Shown piece by piece: positions 1 through 9,985 of a stretch of 64,000 nucleotides of DNA (positions are counted from its first letter, which is position 1; every line of letters begins with the position of its first letter). The position numbers and the translations under genes were made by a program. The notes under the pieces were generated by a model. The model ran no database searches and was not told where the DNA came from. It saw only the letters and a list, made by a program, of their open reading frames with translations. The DNA is from Oculina patagonica. Its lineage: Eukaryota. The stretch spans positions 32,302,001 to 32,366,000 of the forward strand of contig NC_135763.1 in NCBI RefSeq assembly GCF_052425735.1, read 5' to 3'.

Positions 1-368
1 CGCAATTTTAGACAATTTCGGCACAAACCAACTGTTAATAAAACTAACTGAAATAGCCTAACCATTTTAAACAGTAGAAGAACTTAAAAGAAACACAGAA
101 AAGCCAAAAAGGGGTATGGATGGGCAAGATTCGAGGAGATTAAAACGGATTGCGTTCGGGTAAGCTTGAAAAACGTCGGCCCGACATTATTCAAGTTTAT
201 TTCAATTTGCATAAAGGCCATTTGCAATGCTCTAAAATCATCCTTGTTTGTTATGTGGCTGTGATTTTGCCAACAAAAGACTTTTGCTCTGCCAATTTAA
301 AGTTAAGAACTCTTAATTTAACGAAAATAAAAAGAATTATCTAAAATACCGTGACCCGTATTCCCTTT
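1..368. mobile_element. Right end of a non-autonomous DNA transposon (Kolobok-like), truncated by window start
   Basis: Ends in accgtgacccgtattcccttta. Homology to the paralogous GPCR intron (~12020-12090) starts right after it, so it looks like an insertion. The left end is not visible. Confidence 0.4.
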
Positions 369-673
369 ACGTTTTATTCACTGGTGTACACAAATTGCAC
401 AAATTGGTAACGTCCGAGATTGAAGTTCTCATGGAAACTATTCCCCTCACGTGTTTTGCGCCAAGCGTGTCTCAGTGTACGGCTCTAATAGGCTATGAAG
501 GCGATGTTTTTCCGTGGACATGAAAAATGTGATCCTAGATTTTCTTCATGGATAAATGTCTGTCTTCATTTAAAGGCTGGATCTTAGTACGTATACTCGT
601 TCGATCAAGTGGGTATATCCAAATACCTTAACTGACCAATCCTGAACTTACTCTTTGTTCCTTATATTTTCAG

Positions 674-1018
674 GGAGTTGTAAAAGTGCGGAAACGAGTC
701 ACATTGAGTGTTATCACTGTCAGTGCCATATTTGGAGTCTGTTGGATTGTTGGCTTATTAACCTACATCTTAAGCTACCATGACATCTACATGTTTGGGT
801 CCGCCTCGTACGCTATTTCCGACACCCTGTTTATGTTTAATTCCGCTGTAAATCCTTTTGTATATTGTCTGATGAACGAACGGTTCCGAGAGAAGATCAA
901 GAGAATGTTATGTAACTCGTGTGCATCCAGAGTTGATCCCTCATGCGAACCTTACAACATCGAGCTACCCAACAACACGTCTCACGTGACCCACACTGCA
1001 GGAGCTTCTATGGAGTAG
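674..1018 (+). CDS. Last exon (TM6-TM7, C-tail) of a multi-exon class A GPCR, paralogue of 9986-12519
   Basis: Acceptor ttttcag ends at 673; reads GVVKVRKRVT...FGVCW...NSAVNPFVY; near-identical to exon 12175-12519. Upstream exons lie outside the window. Confidence 0.9.
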   Translation, partial: GVVKVRKRVTLSVITVSAIFGVCWIVGLLTYILSYHDIYMFGSASYAISDTLFMFNSAVNPFVYCLMNERFREKIKRMLCNSCASRVDPSCEPYNIELPNNTSHVTHTAGASME

Positions 1019-1065
1019 TACCTTTTACACTGACACCGAAAACTTTTTGAAAATCGCGAAAATTA

Positions 1066-1234
1066 CAGCAAGGCGCCCAAAAGTGTGACCACTTTTAATT
1101 TATTCACATTCTTTCGTGCAGATTTAAGCCAATCAAAAGCCGTGGATAGCTTGCAGTTGACTTCTGATTGGATTAAATCTGCACGAAAGAATGTGAATAA
1201 ATTAAAAGTGGTCACACTTTTGGGCGCCTTGCTG
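1066..1234. mobile_element. Palindromic MITE in GPCR 3' region
   Basis: Near-perfect inverted arms cagcaaggcgcccaaaagtgtgacc.../...ggtcacacttttgggcgccttgctg, flanked tta/taa (TA duplication); absent from the paralogous 3' region after 12519. Confidence 0.85.
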
Positions 1235-1612
1235 TAAGACCCGCAAAAATAAGTAACAATGAGGTAGTAACGAACGATTCAGTCGAGGCGTAGGTTCCGT
1301 TTCGAGCAAATAATCGGAATATTTACTATCTAAACAAAAAATAATGCAAGCACTCGAAAGTCCTCATGGCACAAATAGTTGCTTACTCATTCAATAGCAA
1401 AATCGCCACGAACACTGTGGATTTAGTCGGATCCGAGACATCGGAACTGGGTCATCAACAGGTAGCTGGTTTCTCGATTGGATAAGAGAATTTTACACTG
1501 TCGTTCGAAACATTCAGGCCAGGGGTGTTGAAACCCTTAAGTACATGGCTGGATCGTTAATTTAGATGTGTTTGCGGGAAGCATGGGTGAGTTTGTTAGG
1601 AACGTTAACGTG

Positions 1613-1845
1613 TACTGCCTGTTGGTTTCGGTTGCCGCCAGGATTGTAACCAGAATGCCGATGGTCAAGTTACGAGGAGATGCAACTGCGTACATGTGGA
1701 TGAGGACCCTGGCTCTGTCAAACTCCTCCATGAACTTCCTTATCTATGGCTCAAGGATAAAGAACTTTCGTGAGGCGTTTGCTGTGCTGGCGGAGAGATT
1801 CTTGATGTTTTGACTCCGAAATGTTCGCGGACCTGTGTTTATAGG
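1613..1845 (+). pseudogene. 3' fragment (TM6-TM7) of an intronless GPCR of the 16811-30354 family
   Basis: Encodes YMWMRTLALSNSSMNFLIYGSRIKNFREAFAV and aligns to 17525-17760 with indels; no 5' part. Confidence 0.85.
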
Positions 1846-2859
1846 GACCCTGCGAAAAACACGTTGAACATTTCAAGGTTTTTAGCAAGCACCCTTTACA
1901 AATTTGAAAATATTAAAAGCAAAATGAAATAACAGTTATGGTAGCTAGAGGATAGAAATCTATACTCTTCCTTTCGGAAACAATTTCAACGTTTTAAAAA
2001 TGTAAATGTACTTCATGTTGAATTTTTTTTTTGTTTTTCAATTTTTTCGGGTGTAACCCTCTACTCGAATTTTTTTGACATTTTTTAGACAGATAGTCTT
2101 TATTGTTATTATAACACCCCCTATGTGCAGATTAAAACTACATGGCCCACCCTCTTTCTACTCCAGCCTACCCCCGCCCCGGCCTCCCTACTTATTGACC
2201 AGTCTCTTCAAGGCCATTTTTGATAAAATCAAATACCATGTACTGTTATTTTATACCATGTTTTACAGATTATTTTCTTTACCCTATACGCTTGTCAACA
2301 GTAATTTAGGCGTGTATCTTACAAATGTTGGTGTTAAAATTATTAATAGCCAGAAGGCAAGACTTGAAAGTAAATTTTCTATAGCCTTCGGCCGTATGAG
2401 GAGAAAAAGTTTTGCTTCAAAGGCTAGTCTGTAAGGCGGTCTCGTCGTATGCTCCTCCAGAAAATTTAGAAATTTCCCGGCTCGGAAATGCTAGTTTTAG
2501 CATTCTCCCTGATATATTTCGTTAGAAAAGCTGTTCTCAACAAGTGTAAAATGACAGGTGTTTATTGTGCTTAAATTTCTTCTGCATGATTTTTTTTTTG
2601 CCTTCCATTTTGCACGATTATTTTTTACTTGGCATTTTCCTTTGCACGATTTTTTCCCACCCTCCCCATCAATCTTCTAATGGGCCGTCCCTTACTAGAC
2701 AAAAAAGACTCAGCACATATCTAAACTATGATAAGTTTAAAATTTGAACACACAAAATATTAGCATTTTAGAAATTGCTCGTGAGAACATTGTTTTATTT
2801 GGGTTGAACAGGCTTGACAGTTATCGGTTTAGTATAATTTTAAAAAAAATACTTATAAC

Positions 2860-5160
2860 CATCTGACGTTTGCATTTAAATAAAGTTCTTACCTTATCTA
2901 TCTTTTCTTATTTATAACAATACAGCGAGGAAATAAAGAGAAGCGTCAGGTTCTTGCACAAGCTGTAAAACACCTGAAGTTTATTCACTGGTCCTTCAAC
3001 TGCATTTAAGGGCATAAACAACAGTTTTAACGGAGAGGATCTACATATACAACTCTACTAGTTAAAAAGGATCACTCTTGCAATTGTTTATGTCGGTGGT
3101 CTTTGTTTTTAGGTCAAGTTTTAACAAGGAAAATGGTGTCATTAATTATTGATCAGGTGGTTCGGTGTTATTATTCAAATCTTCGGTCTTCAGAAAAAAA
3201 GTCGCTTTTTTCGACTTCGCATTTTGAGACTGAAGTGTTCTATTCCAAGAAACTATAACATAACAGGTAAATTGGGCTAAAATTACTAAAGATTCAGCTT
3301 TTACCGTCAGAAGAGCACTGTGGATTTTCAAATATATAGTAAGTCTAAGCTATAGTCCTCCGTTTTGTAATGTTTTCCACAACGGGAGTCCTAGTTCGCG
3401 CATAAGAAACAAAAACTCTGGCACTTACCAAAAGGATCAATAGGTCAACTTTTAATATTTTCATAGTTTTTATTTGTTATCTTTTGTTTTGTTTTTTTAT
3501 ATTCATTATTATGTATTGAAATAATCACAATTAATTGACGTTTGCATAACAATATAATACAACGGGTAAATAAAGAGAAACGTCAGGTTCTTGCACCAAG
3601 GTGTAAAACACCTGAAGTGTATTCATTGGTCCTTCAACTGCATGTAAGCAAATAAACAACAGTTTTAAAACGGAGAATATACAACTCTATTTAGTTAAAC
3701 AAACACTTTTGCCGTTGTTAATGTTGGTGGTCTTTGTTTTTAGGTCAAGTTTTAAAAAGGAAAATGATGTCATTAATTATTTAATTGATCAGGCGGTAAG
3801 GTGTTGTTATTCAAATCTTTCACGGTCTTCCAAGAAATAAAGGGACGTTTTTTTTTTCGACAGTTCATTTTGAGACTGAAGTGTTCTATTCCAAGAATTC
3901 ATATCAAAACTGGTAAATTGACCTTAAATTACTGAAGATTTAGCTTTTTACTGTCAAAAGTACAACGTAGATTTATTTAAATATATAGTAAGTCTAAGCT
4001 ATAGTCCTTTGTTTTGTAATATTTTCCACAGAAGAAAGTCCCAGTTCACGCTTAAGAAAAAAAACTCTGGCTCTTACCAAAAAGATCAATAGGTCAACTT
4101 TTACTATTTTTCATTTTTTTTTTTTGCTATCTTTTCTGTCTTTTATTATTATTTTATATTTAAATACTTATAATTAACTGACGTTTGCATAACAATACAA
4201 TACAGCGAGAAAATAAAGAGAAACGTCAGGTTCTTGCACAAGCTGTAAAACACCTGAATTTTATTTACTAATCCTTTAAATGCATGTAAGCAAAGAAACA
4301 ACAGTTTTAAAACGGAAAGGAGCAACATAGACAACGATATTATTTAAACAAGTACTGTTGATGTTGTTAATGTCGATGGTCTTTGTTGTAGGGTAAGGTT
4401 TTAAAAAACGAAAACGATGTCATTAATTATTCACAAGAGAGGGTGAATTTGTTATAGATCATGCGGCTAGGTGTAATTATTCTAATCTTTGGTCTTCTGA
4501 GAAAGGGACGTGTTTTTTGCAGCGCGAGTTCTCATTTTGAGACTCAAGTGTTCTATTCCAAAAAAATGTAGCATAACAGGTAAATTGCCCTTAAATTACT
4601 GAAGATTCATCTTCTTATCATCAGAAGTACAAAGTGGATTTTCAAATATATAGTTAGCCCCTGTCCCCACTAACCCGGGTAAATATGAAACGCATCTTTT
4701 TTTGAAACGGCGTTTTTGCTCACCGAAAGCGGTACTTTTCAAAAACGCTTTCCAAGGTGGGGTACATTTAAAAACGCCGGCGAAAACGGGACTTTTTGTG
4801 GCACAGTTATTTGATCAGTTCTTTTTCACAAAAGGTTTAACTAAGCTTAACAAAAGCTTTGTGCATGCGTTGTGACTCTGCGAGCGATTAAGCGTATCAT
4901 TTTCAAAATTTACCCGGGTTAATGTGAACGGAAAACATCTTTAATGGCGTTTTAAATTTTCTTCGTTTTCAAATTTACTGGGTTATTGTGGACAGGGCCT
5001 AAGTCTTAGCTAGTCCTTCGTTTTGTAGTTTTTTTTTTTCCCACAAGAGGAAGTCCCAGTTCGCGCAGTACTGAGAAACAAAAACTCTGGCACTCACAAA
5101 AAGATCAATGGGTCACCTTTTACTTTTTCTTTTTTTTTTCAGGATTTCCTATCTCGTTTA
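2860..5160. repeat. Tandem repeat, three copies of a ~620-660 bp unit
   Basis: cgtcaggttcttgcac, ttttgagact(g/c)aagtgttctattccaa and aaaaactctggc each recur three times (units begin ~2860, ~3530, ~4175). Confidence 0.85.
4657..4999. mobile_element. PIF/Harbinger-like MITE inserted in the third repeat unit
   Basis: TIRs gcccctgtccccactaacccgggtaaat / atttactgggttattgtggacagggcc, flanks tta/taa; units 1 and 2 show the empty site tatagtaagtc. Confidence 0.85.
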
Positions 5161-7044
5161 TTTTTTATTATTTTCGATTCAGAGTTGACGTTCCAACTGT
5201 AGTGTTTGCAATTCTTGTTTAGTCTTTATATGATAAATTTTCTTCGTTAGAAGCACGGCTGCAAAAGGTTACTTTAAAGTTGTTCAATCTTAATTCAGTA
5301 TATGTAAAATCGTTTTTTATTCAGCTTTAGTTTATTGAATATACTGATGAACTTGTTTAAATAATCATCGAAGTTTCTTCTTCAGATAACAAATTTGCCA
5401 TATATAAGATAATTTTTCTTTAAGAAAGCTTAAAAGAGGGGCCGTAAGGGGGTTTCTCGTGAAACGTGATTGCGTGTTTTTATTCTCCGTGATCTGTGAT
5501 TACGAAATATTAAAATCCGTGAACTGTGAATAACATGCTTGTCGTGACACGTGAAAGCAAAAAATTATTTTTCGATAACCGTGAAACTTGACTAAAATTC
5601 TTCACTTTTTCCGTGAAAACCGACCTACCGTGCAAAGATGACCCCTTATGATGTTGCAAATTGAAACTCTGACCGACTCAGACGCGCGATTTGCGTGATG
5701 GCTAAATACTTGACCACTTGACAGATTGAGAAGATTGTAAAACAAACAGGCAGAAGCCGAATCAAGGACATCAAGGGGTCAGATAACCCCAGAAGACAAC
5801 GATGTCTTTCTTTTTCGATGTCGCGTACATGTTAAATCACGCAATCATTCTAACTCATTTTGGCCAAGCTCACGCTAAAATTCAGTGTCAAAAAGTCATG
5901 GAGGTCGTGGGCGTCAAACAAATTTCTGTTATAGAAGGCGCCGTTTTCTACGTGGATCCCAAATCTGCAGGATCACTGGGTTTCCTCGGAGGGAAAGAAC
6001 GAGTCAGGATACCACTGACCGAGGCGCATTTCTCTTTGGAAGCGCTTAAAAAACATATAGTCGACTATGCGGGCCTGAAGACCGAGGCCGAGAAACGTGG
6101 TGTCGGTTCTTCAATAGAAGTTAAACTTTTTCGGCTGGCAAAGACCCCTGAAGGAACCAAAGCCTTTTCTATAAACACGCAGGCACAGTGGGACGTAGAA
6201 AGACCGCTATTCGGAGAATCGTCAGTTTTACAAGGTGGGTATTGTTGCTAACATTTGTAACTATATCTGGCTGTCCCCACATGCTTGATTGATGCAGCTG
6301 GGTATATCCTATTACAACTGACCTTACTCACATGGTCTTTAATGTAATTTAGTTTAAAGAGAGTGATAAAACTTATTACATGTATCTTAACTTTCGTAGC
6401 GCATTAGTCTTCACACAACACCCCCCTTTAATGTGTATGTAATAAACAGGCTTTCGTACGGCTTTTACAAGAGATACAGACTTTTTTTTCTCGCAATGCC
6501 TCCGCAAAATGTTTTCGTTTAAATGTTCACGGCATTTAATGACATACAGAAACTGGGAATCTGGAAAAAGTTCAACTGATTTCCATAGTCAACCAAAACA
6601 AACAAATAAAACAAGACAAGACAAGGCAAAAGATTACAAGAGTTTATTTGTGAGTTTAGCTAGGTTTTTAAATAGCAGATAAGTGAAGTATATTATGAAG
6701 GACATCACACTTCATAGTATTTCCTTCCTTTTTCGTGCCATGCATGTGGCTAATGTTATGTTTTGTGACTTTCCTTTTAGTCAATGTTCTCAAAAGGGAA
6801 GTAGTTTTTGCGAAGGATTCCCCAGTAATTAAGATAACCCTCGCGGCCGACAGTGGTGCCAGTTCAAGTCAGACTTCAGAACAACAACAGAGAAAACGAC
6901 AACAGGGAGGTGGAAGAAAAAGATCAGCAACAAAATTAGAAGATGACAAGCTTGTGAAACGTTTGAAGTTGGGCGAAACTGTGGCTCGGAATGAAAGGCA
7001 GTTGAAAATGTTGGAAGACCTGAATTTAGGTATGTGCGTTTTAA

Positions 7045-7065
7045 GTAATAATAGTAATAATAATA

Positions 7066-7130
<65 letters not shown>

Positions 7131-7133
7131 TAA
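7045..7133. repeat. (AAT)n microsatellite in intron 2 of the transposase gene
   Basis: Direct run of aat units. Confidence 0.95.
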
Positions 7134-8025
7134 AAAAATATTGATTCCTTGCTTACTGGCGCAATTCAATGCATTTTTTTGTAGCACTTGAGAGTATGTC
7201 CAACAGCAAAGCAATCAACGAATTTACCATCAGATGTGGACGTTGTGACAAGTTAAAAATTGTCCCCACGGACAGGACGCCACAAGCAAAAGCACAGTAT
7301 TTCAAGAAAAGTGAGTGACTAATGTAGTACAACAGGTCATAACACCTGATACTAAAGTAAGAAAACATATTTAAAATACCTTGCTGACAGGAAATAAACT
7401 GACTTCACAACAGCAGCAAAAGCTTATACAACACGTTTAAATAATGTTAAATCTTCTATATTGAAGCATTAAATCAAACGTTCTTCTAATGAACAGACAA
7501 TGAACATTAAACGTGCTTATTTTTGGTTACTAAATTGTAAATTTATAATACGTTATGTCTTGTCGCCCAACAGAACACTATGACAGTGCATGCCAAAACC
7601 GCCAAATTCAGGACACAAATGCAAAGAAGAACAGTGCAACAACAGCTGGAATGCAAAAAAACATGGATGCTTTCCTTAAAAAGTGCAGCAAAAACCTGAT
7701 AAAGACGATAAAGTGGAGAAGCAATCTGAAGGAAGCACTGCATCGTCCGCCAATGTACCCAAAGAAATGTCTACGGAGACTAAGGATGGCAGCGATGACA
7801 GTGATAGAGACCAAGATATAGACGCGTAAGAATTATTTAAAGACCTTCCCAGGTTTTGAATGCTAGCTCACGCGGAGCAAATGACTATATTTACTTCTGA
7901 GGCGAGTTTTATTGAAACGTTTTTGTGCACAAGCATGTTTTCACTTCGTTAGCGAATAACATCGTGTCTTTTTTGGAGGAATGTATATTTTGTTATGTTT
8001 TGATAATTGTAATGTTTTTTAATAC

Positions 8026-8456
8026 ATGTATATGGTGTACAAGGCCCTTCATGCGAAAGCTCCTCCTTACATCTCTGGCCTTTTGAAGGCCAAGCCTGTT
8101 GGTCGGTACAACCTGCGTTCCGATGGCCATGATATGCTAGTTGTCCCTAAGACAATGCTGAAAACTTTTGGGGATAGAGCCTTTGCCAAGGCAGGCCCCT
8201 CCCTGTGGAATGAGCTTCCTGTTGACATTCGCAAAGCGTCATCAGTGGAGACTTTTAAAAGTCAATTGAAGACTTTCCTTTTTAAGAAAGCATTTCGCGT
8301 TTAAGCGTTTTAACTTTTCAATCACACTGTTTCTAGTTTGATTTGTATGTAGGTTCATTCTAATTTTTATATTTTTATATTATTTTTACATATAGTAAAC
8401 AGCGCTTTAGAATATTTATAGTTTTTAGCGCTATATAAATGTATAAATTATTATAT
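8026..8456 (+). mobile_element. 5'-truncated L2/CR1-group LINE (ORF2 C-terminus and 3' UTR) inside intron 4 of the transposase gene
   Basis: KALHAKAPPYIS...YNLRS...FGDRAF...GPSLWNELP...FKSQLKTFLF*, then an agcgct...agcgctatataaat stem and a tta tail typical of L2. Confidence 0.85.
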
Positions 8457-9985
8457 AACGTTATTTGTCTTATTTGTAATTACGTTTGGCTTAATTATGT
8501 AAAGAATACACAAAAGGCACATGATTACAACCATTAAAGATACATAGCCTTTCGAATTGCTATGATCGTGTAGTGATTTTAGCCGCATTGTAATCTACAG
8601 GTTTCAAGACAAAATAGCTGAAGCTTCTGAAATTGACTTTGGAGATGTGCAGTTTGATAGTGATAGGGAAATTGCATCAGAGAACGAGCCTGAAAGAGGA
8701 AGCGACTGCCCTACCGCTTCAGAGCAAAGCTACAGCACCGATTCCGACCATAATGAACAGCTCACGGATAGTGACATCGACCCAGAGTACGCTATATTCC
8801 CAATCTCGTTTGCGAAAGCGGACGAGGTATGCGTCAGACTGAACGATTTAATACAAAGTGGTAGAATACCTAAAGACAAAATACTTTACAAGTATCTGGA
8901 TTCAGTGACACACGCTATGATTGATCCAAACCATGAATTTGATGAAGAAGTAGTACAATTTTTTAATTCCATCAAATTTCTTGGAGGCGAAAGAACTGTT
9001 AACTTTGTCCGGGGACCAATGTGGTACGGATGTGGTAAAGGAGGTGAACTAAGTCCAGAATGCGCCAAACCAAATCTTGGTGGGCCATCAAGGACAACGA
9101 GAAGTAAGCGCTCTTCTGGCTATACAACCAAGTCTGGCGTAGTAAAACCTTGGCTTGAGTCATTTCTCCAGCTGTCAGAAGACGCACTTGATGTGAAGCC
9201 GTTGATTGCATCAACAATCCTAAAAGTGTATGGCGTTGCTATGGAGAATGATGGTACTGCTTTGAAACCGGCCATACAGTATGACGAGAAGCAGCAGATC
9301 AATGTTGGTCTAAAAGATAGAGCTGACATTCGATTTGTCAACTCAAATCCAATGCCCAAACCCGAGTTTCTGAAGGCAAACATTGTATCAGAAGCAAATA
9401 TTTCTTATCTTTCCACTACCGATAACAATGTGGCGATGCCCGTCAGTGTACGTTATAAGCCCAAGGCAGGAAAGAGTGGAGAAGAAGGTAAAGATCCCAA
9501 GTGAAGAGGTTACTGTTATTGCTGGAACAGGAAGCGAAGAAAATTCCAACGGTAAAGCCGAGAGTGCCTGCTTTTCTCAGCCTATGGGCATTTGTGTTGA
9601 GTGCGACAAAAACATTTTTGTAACTGACGCGCAAGCTGGCACTGTCAAATTAATCACAACAATAGAAGGAACTGTAGAGTTCTTAAGACATTTGGGACTT
9701 CTCTACAAAGCGTTTTCTATCCATTTAAAGCACCAAAAGGCACAAAAGCTCTCTTTAGATGAGGCTATTTCGAAACTCGAAACGTCAGACAAATTCTTAA
9801 AGGAAACAGTTGGAAATGTGATGGGGATCCTTGAGAAAACATGCAAAGAGGGGCGGTAAGAGAAACGGTGTAAAACTTATGTCCATTTGTGCTTCTAGCT
9901 TTTAAAAGTCATTTGTTTATTAACTATATATTATTTGTTTTGTTTATTAGTTGGGTCATGTGACTTACACTGACAGCCTTCAGTC

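Larger units (their letters stand above)
5898..9859 (+). pseudogene. Five-exon transposase-like gene (C2HC zinc finger, P-like catalytic N-part, NHL repeat), disabled
   Basis: Exons 5898-6234, 6781-7029, 7185-7310, 7574-7825, 8601-~9859; all introns GT-AG with phases 1,1,1,2. One 1-nt frameshift in an A-run near 7655-7682 and a frame-changing junction near 9485. Motifs CGRC-x22-H-x4-C, DGTALKPAIQYDEKQQINVGL and VIAGTG...FSQPMGICV...IFVTD. Confidence 0.7.
5436..9860 (+). mobile_element. Truncated intron-containing DNA transposon (P-element-like)
   Basis: Left end gaggggccgtaagggg followed by about ten C(G/T)TGA-type motifs; contains a spliced transposase-like gene; no inverted right end found. 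Confidence 0.6.

Noticed and set aside
7030-7133. Poly-Ile tail of ORF 6735-7133
   Set aside because: Read-through into an intron (AAT)n after the donor at 7030.
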